Notes: generated by a model from the letters alone, not told the origin. Positions 18,896 through 28,485 are shown, numbered from the stretch's first letter. The stretch is DNA of 64,000 nucleotides from a bacterium (GCA_965213625.1 CBDBZU010000004.1:1280001-1344000); one strand, 5' to 3'. Translations and numbers: made by a program.

Positions 18896-19763
18896 AGTCA
18901 TCCAGCAGATTGTGACCGCCCTCTTTGGCCTGCCGGACGGTGAAGATGGGCGGCGGCACGTCCGGACGCCATTTGGTGGTTTCCGGCGGTTCGGGCCACT
19001 CATACGGCAGGTGCCGATAGGCGTTGGGCGCTTGCGCTTCTTCCAGCAGCGCCGCCATGTCCTCGCAAATTTTGCGCTGTCCCTCGTAATCGCCCGCGAC
19101 GCCCAGTTGCCGCCCGAAGGGGTACTGGACGAACACCGCCCTGGGTACGCAGACTCGCTCGGTGGTCTCGGGCACGTTGGAGATGATGACGGTGGCGATC
19201 CCCGCCTTTTCGATTTCGCGCTGAAGCAGTCCGCCGGACCGGTTGCACAAGGGTCAGACCGGATAGAGGAAGGCCGCATCCACGCCCTCCGCTTTCATCT
19301 TCTCGATCATCAGGGGCGCGGTGCGCTTCACCAGCGGGTTGAAGTTCGGGATGTAGCCCATGATGGAATAGAGCGTATCGGCCAGCGCGCCGATTCTTCC
19401 CTCCTGCTCGAAATCCGTGAAGATATCGACCGGCCAGGACACGTTTCTGTCCTCGGCCATGAAGGAGGTATCGACGTGTAAGTGCGAATACGCCACGTCG
19501 TCCTGGCCCGCCGTCTTGGGAATCTCCCGGTGGGTGGGGTCGCCCCACGTGCCCTCGCGGCGCTCTCTTTCATAATCGAAAGAAACGTCGTTCTTCATGA
19601 AGATGCCGGCCGTAGATACCAGGGTGACCTTGCACTCTGCCAGTGGTTTTTCCAGCGGCGTCCAGGGCGTTTTGGCCGGGTCCGCGTGGCGCTGCGCCAG
19701 GACGCGATCGCGCGAGGTGGGGTGAAAATAAAATCCATCGACTTTTTCGATCGGCATGTTCAT
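18852..19763 (-). CDS. Glycine/sarcosine/betaine/D-proline reductase selenoprotein B-like (PrdB/GrdB family); in-frame UGA at 19254-19256 read as Sec
   Basis: ORFs 19254-19763 and 18852-19250 are one frame: ...AFLYPV-TGA-PLCNRSGGLLQREIEKAGIATV (UxxC). Both halves are PrdB-like (TPWTP..KPL.EC.V.LVSTAG; VPRAVFV.YPFG). Confidence 0.85.
19227..19241 (-). promoter_or_regulatory. Candidate bacterial SECIS hairpin
   Basis: CGGTCC-GGC-GGACTG starts 12 nt after the UGA; G-initiated loop. Confidence 0.55.
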
Positions 19764-19786
19764 CCTCGAATTCCGGGTTTCATGAT

Positions 19787-21055
19787 TCAGGCTGGAGACG
19801 CTCCTCTCTTATCTCTTTTCGTCCAGCCGAGCAACACGACAAAGAAGCCGCAGAGAAAAAACATGAGCGCGAAGGCCGAAAGTCCCCAAAGGTAGGAGCC
19901 GTGCAGGTCGAAGAGGAAGCCCGTGGTCCATGGCCCTGCCGAACCCCAGAGGGCGAAGCCCATCATCGCTACGCCGTTCACGCGCCCGAAGCCGGGGCCT
20001 TCGAAATAATCCGCCAGGATGGCTGAGCCGGTAGGCCGCATGAGCCCCAGGGCTAGACCATTGGCGATCGTGCCCAGGTAGAAGCGGATTTGGGGGTCGC
20101 CCTTCTCGTAGTTCGCCAGAACGAGGACGGAGGCGATCCCGAGCGCCACGCCGATGAGGAACGTCGGCACCCGGCCCAGGCGGTCCGAGACCGGGCTGAT
20201 AAGGTTCGCTCCCACCTGGCATAAGCCCCAGATGGCGAACAGAACGCTCGCGGTTTCGAGCGAGAAGCCCTGGTCGGTGGCGTGAGGCACCAGATGAACA
20301 AGCATGCCCGCGAAGGTGTACGCCATGGGCAGAAACGAACCCATGAAGAAGAAAAACGGCAGATTTAATAAGGAGACGCGCTTATCATCGGATGATGAAG
20401 GCGCTGGTTTCGGTGTTTGCTCCTCCGGCAGTTCCAGGATGAAAGGGGCGTCGGCGATGGTGCCTTTGTCGGATGGGTGGTCCCTGTGAAAAATGATGCA
20501 GACGGGGAGCACGATGAGCAGAGTCACTCCCGCAAGCGCCAAATAGCTCATTCGCCAGCCCAGGGCCGAGATGAGGTAGGGCGTCGCGATGTTCAGGCAG
20601 AAGGCCCCCCCCTGGCAGGTGTTGGAAATGCCCAGGGCGAGTCCTCTTTTTTTCACGAACCAGTTCGAGAGCGTGGGCACCTGGGCAATCCAAGTGCTCG
20701 CGGCGAAGCCTGCGCACAGGCCGATGTACATCAGATAAAAATGCCAGAGCGAGGAGATTTGGCTTCCGATGAGAAGCGAGAGGCCGAATACCACGACCCC
20801 CGCCGACATCGACGCCCGTATGCTCCAGCGATCGGAAAAGATGCCCGCCAGCGGCGAGATGATCGCCTGGGCCACCATGCCGATGGAAAAAGCCGCCGCC
20901 GTCGCCCCCCGGCTCCAGCCCAGCTCGCCCGAGATTTCCTTGAAGAAGGGCCCGATGGTGGCGCGAATGGCGATGAGCGAAATCATGACGAGAAAGACCA
21001 CGGCCAGAACCACCCAGCCGTACCAGAGGCGCGATTCGTCCCGCATGACGTTCAT
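19787..21055 (-). CDS. MFS transporter (OFA/MCT-like), paralog 2
   Basis: WYGWVVL, GWSRG, NWFVKKRGLALG, SDRLGR; about 12 hydrophobic segments. Confidence 0.88.
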   Translation of the reverse strand: MNVMRDESRLWYGWVVLAVVFLVMISLIAIRATIGPFFKEISGELGWSRGATAAAFSIGMVAQAIISPLAGIFSDRWSIRASMSAGVVVFGLSLLIGSQISSLWHFYLMYIGLCAGFAASTWIAQVPTLSNWFVKKRGLALGISNTCQGGAFCLNIATPYLISALGWRMSYLALAGVTLLIVLPVCIIFHRDHPSDKGTIADAPFILELPEEQTPKPAPSSSDDKRVSLLNLPFFFFMGSFLPMAYTFAGMLVHLVPHATDQGFSLETASVLFAIWGLCQVGANLISPVSDRLGRVPTFLIGVALGIASVLVLANYEKGDPQIRFYLGTIANGLALGLMRPTGSAILADYFEGPGFGRVNGVAMMGFALWGSAGPWTTGFLFDLHGSYLWGLSAFALMFFLCGFFVVLLGWTKRDKRGASPA

Positions 21056-21059
21056 GGTC

Positions 21060-22328
21060 CTAAGCGCGCTCTTCGCGCGGCATGCCAGAGAGGCTCACGA
21101 CGAAAACCGCGCCAACGATGAACATGCAGCCCACGAGGAGAAAACCCGAGTAGTAGTTCCCGCTGGCGTCGAAGAGCATGCCCGTCACGAGCGGGCCGAG
21201 CGCGCCAATGAGGGAGAAGACCATCATTGCGCATCCGTTTACGAGACCGAACCCCGGCCCCGCGAAATGGTCCGCCAATAGAGAGGACGCCGTGGGCCGG
21301 ACGAAGCCCAGTGCGAAGCCCACTCCCATCGCGCCCGCGTATATCAGCCACTCGGGCGATGCGCGCGTGAAGGCGGCCAGGAGATAACTCGCGGCCACGC
21401 CGCACACCACGCCCACCATGTAGGTGGGGAGCCTCCCGATGCGATCCGAAATCGCGCTCAACCCGTTTCCTACGACGAGGGCCGCCCCATACAGGGCGAA
21501 GAGCGCGGCGCCCCCCGAGGGAGAGAAGCCCTGGTCCGTCGCGTGGGGTATCAGGTGCACCAGAACGGCGGTGAAGACATACGCGATGCTGCCGTAAATG
21601 CCTCCGATCAGCATGAACCTGCGGGTGAAGAAAAAAGTAAAGGATACAGTTTCCGATTCCTTATCCGCAGGAATGATGACGGCGGCCCTGGCGCGGGCGC
21701 GGGAGAACTCCTCAGACGTGAGAAAAGGCGCGTCGGGAGCGGTTCGTTTCTCTCTGGGGTGGTCGCGCAGCGTCGTCACGGCGAAGGGCAGCACGAGTAG
21801 GAGTACGATTCCCGCCAGTGCGAGATAGCTACCCCGCCAGCCGAGTGCCGCGATGAGCAGAGGCGTGAAGATGTTCACGATGGGCGCGAAGCCCTGGGCT
21901 GCGTGCGAGAAACCCATGGCGAGGCCGCGCTTCAAGACGAACCAGTTCGAGAGCAGTTGCACCTGCGGCAGGTTGGCCGTGAAGGCGAAGCCGACCGATA
22001 GCAGAAAATACATGGCGTAGAATTGCCAGAGCGCACCGATGTAGGCGCCGATGATGAGCGCCGCTCCGTTTACGAGGATGCCTGCGCCAATCACCCAGCG
22101 CATGTTGAAGCGCTCGAGCACCCAGCCCGCGAAGGGGGCGACCATCGCCTGGCCGAGCATGCCCATGGTGAAGGCGGCGGCTGTCTCTGCGCGGTTCCAG
22201 CCGAATTCGCCGGAAATGTCCTTGAAGAAAACGCCGATAGAATTTCTGATGCCGATGGTCACCGTCAGGATCATGAAGACACTGAGGAGGATCACCCACC
22301 CGTACCACAGGCGCAGTTCTTTGCTCAT
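21060..22328 (-). CDS. MFS transporter (OFA/MCT-like), paralog 1
   Basis: Start MSKELRLWYGW; NWFVLKRGLAMG, SDRIGR; homologous to the downstream MFS. Confidence 0.87.
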   Translation of the reverse strand: MSKELRLWYGWVILLSVFMILTVTIGIRNSIGVFFKDISGEFGWNRAETAAAFTMGMLGQAMVAPFAGWVLERFNMRWVIGAGILVNGAALIIGAYIGALWQFYAMYFLLSVGFAFTANLPQVQLLSNWFVLKRGLAMGFSHAAQGFAPIVNIFTPLLIAALGWRGSYLALAGIVLLLVLPFAVTTLRDHPREKRTAPDAPFLTSEEFSRARARAAVIIPADKESETVSFTFFFTRRFMLIGGIYGSIAYVFTAVLVHLIPHATDQGFSPSGGAALFALYGAALVVGNGLSAISDRIGRLPTYMVGVVCGVAASYLLAAFTRASPEWLIYAGAMGVGFALGFVRPTASSLLADHFAGPGFGLVNGCAMMVFSLIGALGPLVTGMLFDASGNYYSGFLLVGCMFIVGAVFVVSLSGMPREERA

Positions 22329-22345
22329 CTGGTAACGCGATGCGA

Positions 22346-22684
22346 TCAAGACGATGATTGGTCTTTGAGCGGTTGCCCCACCCAAAACGAATAGCCGGAG
22401 TAGAATTTCTCCACCCGTTTGATGGCGTGATCCGAGATGCGGACGCCCTCGACCGCGACGTCCGTAACGCCGGGGTGCTGCATCAGCTTCTGGCGCACGC
22501 CCAGGGCGTAGGTGACGCTCTTGAGCATGCAGCCGCGGCACGCGCCCTCGAAGCGCAGCGATACTTCGCCTTTTTCGCTCACTTTATCGAGCGAGATGCC
22601 GCCGCCGTGAATCTTGAGAAGCGGGCGAATCTGCGTCTCGATGATGTCCTGGACGTCGGTGACGAGGGCTTCGTGCTCGTTCAT
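22346..22684 (-). CDS. NifU-C/Nfu domain protein
   Basis: IRPLLKIHGGGI, FEGACRGC (CxxC). Confidence 0.85.
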   Translation of the reverse strand: MNEHEALVTDVQDIIETQIRPLLKIHGGGISLDKVSEKGEVSLRFEGACRGCMLKSVTYALGVRQKLMQHPGVTDVAVEGVRISDHAIKRVEKFYSGYSFWVGQPLKDQSSS

Positions 22685-23709
22685 CGGGCTGCTCCGCTCC
22701 ATAACTCTTGTTTCTTGGCCTCCACGTCCACGCCGAAGATGCGCGCCTGGTTCAGGCCCAGGATGTTGCGCTTATCCTCTTCGGTGATCTGCGGATAGCC
22801 GTAGTCGTCCTGCATGGATTCCGGGATTTCCATCTCCCATATCCACTCGATAACGGGCTTTGCGTTTCCCAGAAGCGCCATCTCAGAACCCCAGAGCACT
22901 CTCTCGGAGCCCACGTCGCGCAACAATCTGCCCATCCACTCGGTGAAGGTTCTGGGCGCGACCATGGGCGTATGGCCGATGCCTGAGAGCACGAGAAAGA
23001 CGTTCTCGTAGCGGTTCGCCATCCAGACGACTTCCTCGAAGTAGGGCACCGCCAGGTGGTGGATGCCGAAGAGCAGATCGGGAAAATCAAGGGCCGCGCC
23101 CTCGATGTCGAGCGGTGAGAGGTCGCGCAGCTTCGCCCGTGTGATGGGGTTTCCCTTGTGGAACTGGAATACCTCGATGCCCAGTTCGCGCCCTTTTTCA
23201 TAGAGGGGGTAGGCGATTTCGGGGTCGTCGCACGCCCAGGATTTTCCGTCCACGTGGGCGTTGTAGATTTTCATGGATTTCGCCCCCCACTCCTTCACCT
23301 GGCGCTCCATCTCCTCACACGCTGCGGCCACGCTCGGATACATGGGGTCCACGGCCCCACAGAACAGGCAGCGCTCGGGAAACGCTTGAGCGAACGCATA
23401 CTGCGCCTTCACGGGCGCAAAGCCGTCTTTATACAGGTCGAACAAGGGCACGGCCTGGGCCATCGCCATGTCGGTGCCCGAATCCTCGAAAACGAGGCGG
23501 CCCATGTCCTCCACGCTCCAGCGGCGCTTGAAGCCCTCCACCGGGTGCCAGTTCGCGTAGACGTCGGTGGGCGCGGTTCGTCTACGGCGGAGCACCTTGC
23601 TCACGTGGTAGTGGCGGTCGTATTCGCTTTGCTCCGAGACGAGGTTCTCATCCGAGTAGTCGTACATGTGCACCACGTTGTCGAATACGAATACGTCGTC
23701 GCGAATCAT
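22681..23709 (-). CDS. Amidohydrolase_2 family metal-dependent hydrolase
   Basis: DNVVH, FHKG, DFPDL.F.IHH, VLWGSE, DKRNILGLN.AR. Confidence 0.85.
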   Translation of the reverse strand: MIRDDVFVFDNVVHMYDYSDENLVSEQSEYDRHYHVSKVLRRRRTAPTDVYANWHPVEGFKRRWSVEDMGRLVFEDSGTDMAMAQAVPLFDLYKDGFAPVKAQYAFAQAFPERCLFCGAVDPMYPSVAAACEEMERQVKEWGAKSMKIYNAHVDGKSWACDDPEIAYPLYEKGRELGIEVFQFHKGNPITRAKLRDLSPLDIEGAALDFPDLLFGIHHLAVPYFEEVVWMANRYENVFLVLSGIGHTPMVAPRTFTEWMGRLLRDVGSERVLWGSEMALLGNAKPVIEWIWEMEIPESMQDDYGYPQITEEDKRNILGLNQARIFGVDVEAKKQELWSGAAR

Positions 23710-23914
23710 GACGCCAATCTCCTGGTAGGGGATAGAATCACCATCGCCAGATTATACATACAGCGCGCGGTCATGTCAGACGGGAGAGAGATTTCAGGTT
23801 AGCTTTGGTTGGGCTTTTAGGCGCAAGAGTCGTGAAATACCGCCGCTATTGGACTTAGATATAAAGTGCGCGTAGAAAAGTCCCTGGTTTTTCCACGCGC
23901 CAAAGGAGCAGGAC

Positions 23915-24784
23915 ATGGACTGGGTGACGCTCGCCGTCATTGCGGCTCTCGCGCAGGTGCTCAGAAACGCGGCGATGAAATCCATCGGCCACAAGCTGGA
24001 CGAGTACATCAACGTGCTGGGGCGGTTCGCTTTCCTGCTCCCCTTCGCGGCCGTGGCGGTGTGGATGAGGGGGGTGCCCGAGATACAGCCCGGCTTCTGG
24101 TGGTTTTGCGTCCTCTTCGGCTTCCTGCAAACCTCGGCCACGCTCGCGCTCTCGAAGGCGCTCCTGTACGGCTCGATGGGCGTGGTGACCTCGCTGTGGA
24201 AGCTCGCGACCATCTGGCTGGTGGTGCTCGCTTTCATCACGCTGGGCGAGGCGCCCTCGGCCTGGGGGCTCGTGGGTATCTTTGTCACCCTGGCGGGCGT
24301 CTACGGGCTGAACGTCTCGCGCGCGCGAATCGGCTGGTTCGAGCCTGTCCGCGCCATATTCACCGACAAGGGAATGCGCTACACCGTGCTCGCCTCGCTT
24401 TTCTACGCGCCCTCGGTGATTACCTTCAAGCAGGCGGCGGTGCTCTCAGACGCCACTTTCGGCACGCTCATTACCTATGCGGCGGCATCGCTCGTCGTGT
24501 TGCCGCTGACCCTGTGGAAATCCGCCGAGCACTTCAAGAGCGCGCCCAGGCTCTGGAAAGGCTTCGTATCCCTGGGGCTTTTCGCTTTCATCACGAGCTT
24601 GGCCCAGGCGGAGGCCTACCGTCTCACGCTCACCTCATACGTGGAATCGGTGAAACAGGTGGAGATACTCCTGGCCATCGGCATCGGCTACGTCTTCTTC
24701 AAGGAGCGCGACCGCGTGCGCGAAACGCTGCTGGGAGGCGTGGTGATTCTGGCCGGAATCGTTCTTCTGATTTTGGCGGGGTGA
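23915..24784 (+). CDS. EamA/DMT family transporter
   Basis: About 10 TM segments in two repeats, LGEAPS and FFKER motifs; RBS AGGAG. Confidence 0.8.
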   Translation: MDWVTLAVIAALAQVLRNAAMKSIGHKLDEYINVLGRFAFLLPFAAVAVWMRGVPEIQPGFWWFCVLFGFLQTSATLALSKALLYGSMGVVTSLWKLATIWLVVLAFITLGEAPSAWGLVGIFVTLAGVYGLNVSRARIGWFEPVRAIFTDKGMRYTVLASLFYAPSVITFKQAAVLSDATFGTLITYAAASLVVLPLTLWKSAEHFKSAPRLWKGFVSLGLFAFITSLAQAEAYRLTLTSYVESVKQVEILLAIGIGYVFFKERDRVRETLLGGVVILAGIVLLILAG

Positions 24785-24925
24785 GATTCGAGCGAGAAGC
24801 GAGAATTTCCCGACTGAAGAAGGAGAAATTCAGCCTTCGTTCCAGGGACTCGGTTTCTGCGACAACTCCTCCTTCTTCAGTTGAAGTAGACCCTCAAGGG
24901 GTTGTTGAAAAAGCCCCCCCTTGTC

Positions 24926-26445
24926 GGGTCTGTTGAAAAACCCGGTGTTGGAAGCGGGCGTTTTGGCGGCTCACGCGGCGGCGGAGAGGCAGTCCAATCG
25001 GCGCGTGAGGGCGCCATGTGTGCGCAGACGGCGTCTCCAGGCGGCACAGGCCGTCCAGAGGGCGAATAAACGCGCCGCAAAAGCGGCGGCCAGCCGCTTG
25101 AGGTTCACCGCTATCGCCGTCAGGTAGGACTGGATCCTCATGTTCGCAAGGCCCCGGCGCACCGCCCGCCCCAGTCCGTGCCGGCTCTTCGCCTCGCCGT
25201 GGTAGCCCTCCGAGCGCCAACGGTGGCGGTCGTAGAGCCGCTTCTCCTCCTCCCCCCATCGCAAATGGCGACGACGCGCGCGCAACAGCGCCGGATACGC
25301 GTTGGGAATCAACACCGCCTTGCTCGTTTGCGACTTCGACAGACAATCGGACCTGAGCGCGCAGCCCGCGCAATCCCGCGTCTTCGATACATAGGAGCGC
25401 CCCCGCTCCGTCGCCTGCCGGGGACGCAGCGTCTTGCCTCCCGGACACTTCACCACCTCGTTGCGCGCATCGTAGTGGAACAACTGCAGCGGAACACGGC
25501 TCTGGCTGGGTTCCTTCTTCGCTGGTATCAGCGCTTCCACGCCCCGCCGCTCCAATTCGCCATAAACCTTCGAGTACGCGTAGCCCGAATCCGCCGTCAC
25601 CATCTCCGGCGCGCGGCCCGACAACTCGCTTACCGCCTCTATATGGGACGCCATCATCTCACGCTCGTTCCGCGTCCCCTCCGTCACCGACACGTCGAGA
25701 ACAACACCCCGCTCATCGTCCACCGCCGCGTGCTGCTTGTAGCTCGGCTCGAACCCCGCCCGCGCGCTCTTGCGCGCAAGCCGCGCGTCCGGGTCCGTCC
25801 GGCTCACCCGACCCCCGCCACCGCGGCCTCCTCCCTTCTTCTCCCCCTCATCATCGACGGGATTCTCCCGAATCACCTTCTCCGCGTGGTGCGCCGCCAG
25901 ACTCTCCCAGCTCACGTCCGCGCGTATCAACGAGGCGTCCACGTGCACCACTTCCCCCTTCGCCACATTCGCCTCCAGGCAAGCCTGCACCGTGCGACGG
26001 AATATCTCCTTGAACCGAGCCTCCCCCCACCGCTGACGAATCCGCGTCAGGCTCGAATGATGCGGCAAATCCTCGTGCAGCCCGTACCCGATGAACCACC
26101 GGATCGCCAGGTGCGCACGCGCCTCGCGAAGCAGACGCCGGTCGTGTACGTAGCCCAGCAACATACCCGCCAGCATCAGGCGCAACGCCACCTCCGGGTC
26201 GATCCCCGGTCGACCGTTATCCGCGCAATAGCAATCCGCCACCTCCGCGCGAAGCCAACTCAAATCCAGTACGTGGTCCACGCGCATCAGGACGTGATCC
26301 TCGGGGATCAACCGTTCCAGCGAACCGGCCACGAACAAATCCATCTGCTCGCGCCCCTTGCTGCCTATCATCGAGGGAACTCCCATCTCGGGCGAGATAG
26401 TGTCCTTACACCCAATCACAATGCCGGGGGTTTTTCAACAGCCCC
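24926..26445 (-). mobile_element. IS1182-family insertion sequence, apparently intact
   Basis: TIRs GGGTCTGTTGAAAAACCC (24926) and GGGTTTTTCAACAGCCCC (ends 26445); direct repeat TTGTC at 24921-24925 and 26446-26450. Confidence 0.88.
24971..26371 (-). CDS. IS1182-family DDE transposase
   Basis: LIPEDH, GRPGIDP, PHHSSLTRIR, VDAS, TDPDA, ADSGY, CPGG..L, C.GC.LR..C, R.RSEG..GEAK..HGL. Confidence 0.9.
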   Translation of the reverse strand: MIGSKGREQMDLFVAGSLERLIPEDHVLMRVDHVLDLSWLRAEVADCYCADNGRPGIDPEVALRLMLAGMLLGYVHDRRLLREARAHLAIRWFIGYGLHEDLPHHSSLTRIRQRWGEARFKEIFRRTVQACLEANVAKGEVVHVDASLIRADVSWESLAAHHAEKVIRENPVDDEGEKKGGGRGGGGRVSRTDPDARLARKSARAGFEPSYKQHAAVDDERGVVLDVSVTEGTRNEREMMASHIEAVSELSGRAPEMVTADSGYAYSKVYGELERRGVEALIPAKKEPSQSRVPLQLFHYDARNEVVKCPGGKTLRPRQATERGRSYVSKTRDCAGCALRSDCLSKSQTSKAVLIPNAYPALLRARRRHLRWGEEEKRLYDRHRWRSEGYHGEAKSRHGLGRAVRRGLANMRIQSYLTAIAVNLKRLAAAFAARLFALWTACAAWRRRLRTHGALTRRLDCLSAAA

Positions 26446-26587
26446 TTGTCAGGGGGGTAAAAGCGATTCGCCCCGCCGAGGAGGTTATTCAACAACCTCC
26501 AAGGGGGGAGTGATTTTGAGGCGGCGCTTTGGGTTTCCTTCCTCATTGGTCGGTTTTTCTGTTCTGCTTCCGGTGGGTGTGTTTCCC

Positions 26588-26615
26588 GTAGGGACAGGTC
26601 GCGACCTGTCCCTAC
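26588..26615. repeat. Perfect 28-bp GTAG-type REP-like palindrome
   Basis: GTAGGGACAGGTCGCGACCTGTCCCTAC is its own reverse complement. Confidence 0.8.
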
Positions 26616-26642
26616 AATCGGTTATTCCAATTGTGGAAATCC

Positions 26643-27035
26643 TCACAGAACCTCCTCGTCTTCCAACAGCACCTTTGCCTTCGCCTCGTCATCCGCAGTG
26701 AGGGCGACGTTCGCGTAGCCGGCGTGGCGGTTCAGGATGTGCATGCTCTGGATGTTCACGCCCGCGACCTTGAATTTCTCCGCCACCTTGGCGAGCGCGC
26801 CGGGTTCGTCGCGCAGCCTGATGATCGTCGCCTCGTCGCTGATGGCCCGGAAACCCGCGTTCATGAGTACGCGCAGGGCGCGGTCGGGCTCGTCGGTGGT
26901 CAGGATGACGACGCCCTTCTCGCCGGCGACCTCGGTGTTTATCGCCTCGATGTTGATGTCCTCATCGGCCAGCGCCTTGCTGATATCCGCGATGACGCCG
27001 ACCTCGTCGCGCACCGTGATGATGATTCGATTCAT
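26643..27035 (-). CDS. Tandem ACT domain protein
   Basis: DEVGVIADIS..LA...INI and DEPGALAKVA......VNI repeats. Confidence 0.85.
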   Translation of the reverse strand: MNRIIITVRDEVGVIADISKALADEDINIEAINTEVAGEKGVVILTTDEPDRALRVLMNAGFRAISDEATIIRLRDEPGALAKVAEKFKVAGVNIQSMHILNRHAGYANVALTADDEAKAKVLLEDEEVL

Positions 27036-27047
27036 CCAGAATCCTCC

Positions 27048-28178
27048 TCAGGCCGTTTGCCTGTGTTTTTGCTTCACGCAGTCGTCGACGAACTCGTTCA
27101 CCATCTCGCGCGTGACGTGCGGCATGGTGATGATGTGGGCGATGTCTCCCAGCGGCGCGATTTGCCACTTGCGCATCACCTCGGCCGGGGGTCTCGGGAA
27201 GACGACCGTCACCGAGTTCTTGTGACGCCAGGCTGGAACCCCGAACTCGCCAAAGCGTTCGACCGCATATTCGGCGACCGCCAGCATCTCAGACACGAGT
27301 TCCCGGAACCCGTCCATCCCCAAGCGCTCGAAGGCGTACCACAGCATGAGCGGCGTCAGCCCGCTGCGCGAGCCGGGCAGGGTGGTGTCGAGCACGCCCA
27401 CGTATTCTATCGAGCGCGCGATGCGCGCCACGTAATCGCGCTTCGTCAGCACGACGCCGCAGGGCAGCGGACAGCCGATGAGCTTGTGGCCGCTGATGGA
27501 TACGCTGTCGAAACCGGCGTCGAACCCGTAGGGCTGCGGGTCGTCGACGAAGGGCAGGATCATGCCGCTTAAGGCGGCGTCCGCGTGTATGTAGGCGTTC
27601 GTGATAGCCAGATCGTCCAGGATGGCGCGCACCTTGCTCACGTCGTCAATGGCGCCTTTCATTGTGGAGCCGATGTTCGCCATGAAGATGACCGGCGCAT
27701 CGCGGTGGATGCGTATGGTTTCGCGGAGGTCCTCGTAGTCGATCTCCCCGTTATCGCTGCTCTTGATCATGATGTTGCGCACGTTCAGTACGCGCAGAAT
27801 CTTGAGGACGCTGTAGTGCGTGTCCTGAGAGAAGTACACCACCCCGTCCGGGAACAGTTCGCGCCCCATGTAGATGCCGTACATGTTGCCTTCGGTTCCG
27901 CCGGAGGTGACGTAGCCCCAGGCCTTTTCCTGCTCCAGATGCATCATAGAGGCGAACCGGGCGATAACCTCGCGCTCCATCTCGTGCGTGTTGCTGCGGA
28001 AATTGCTGTCGTGAAAGGGATCGCCGACGTTGTTTAAGCTGTATTCCATGAATGGCAGTAAATCCGAGTAGTCGTAATCCTGGTTGCAGGGATAGCCCAC
28101 CTGCCGCCTGCCCAGTTCTTCGAAGTCGCGTCTCAAGGCGTCGAGGTGCGCCTTGATGAGTGGATTCGGTTCATTCAT
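27048..28178 (-). CDS. hdc: PLP-dependent histidine decarboxylase-like (group II)
   Basis: GYPCN, NNVGDP, WGYVTSGGTEGNMYG, DTHYS, HADAALSG, SGHK..G.P.PCG, GSRSG. Confidence 0.8.
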   Translation of the reverse strand: MNEPNPLIKAHLDALRRDFEELGRRQVGYPCNQDYDYSDLLPFMEYSLNNVGDPFHDSNFRSNTHEMEREVIARFASMMHLEQEKAWGYVTSGGTEGNMYGIYMGRELFPDGVVYFSQDTHYSVLKILRVLNVRNIMIKSSDNGEIDYEDLRETIRIHRDAPVIFMANIGSTMKGAIDDVSKVRAILDDLAITNAYIHADAALSGMILPFVDDPQPYGFDAGFDSVSISGHKLIGCPLPCGVVLTKRDYVARIARSIEYVGVLDTTLPGSRSGLTPLMLWYAFERLGMDGFRELVSEMLAVAEYAVERFGEFGVPAWRHKNSVTVVFPRPPAEVMRKWQIAPLGDIAHIITMPHVTREMVNEFVDDCVKQKHRQTA

Positions 28179-28390
28179 GGCTCTAATCCTCATGCCCGCG
28201 CGCGGGAGGACGCCTCGGGTTATCGTTCAGGTGCGCCATTCTCCCGGGCGGATGATGGCGGCAAGATAAAATACCCTATTTTCGAGGGCGAGAAAACGCC
28301 AAAATGTTCGCGCGCGAGCAACAATATTGAATAGAGGTTGCATGGTGTTCGGGCCGGTCTTCGGATTATGGCGCATGGCGGTGGGAATTG

Positions 28391-28419
28391 TTGACACCAA
28401 GGGATGCCAGCCGTAAGAT
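28391..28419 (+). promoter_or_regulatory. sigma70-type promoter of the first nuo operon
   Basis: TTGACA-17 bp-TAAGAT, 66 bp before nuoA. Confidence 0.7.
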
Positions 28420-28485
28420 GCGCTCGATTTGATATCCCAAGTGGCATAAGAAAAAGTGCGTGTTCGAACGCCGTGGGGGCGGGAA

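Larger units (their letters stand above)
24898..26498. mobile_element. Miniature element with IS-like ends, interrupted by the IS1182 copy
   Basis: Left end GGGGTTGTTGAAAAAGCC (24898) and right end GGTTATTCAACAACCT (~26483-26498) flank the IS; the empty allele would be about 75 bp. Confidence 0.55.

Noticed and set aside
18852-19763. Pseudogene or two-gene reading of the PrdB-like ORFs (likewise 60297-60860)
   Set aside because: In both cases the only interruption is a TGA at the expected catalytic Cys/Sec position followed by a hairpin, so recoding is more parsimonious.
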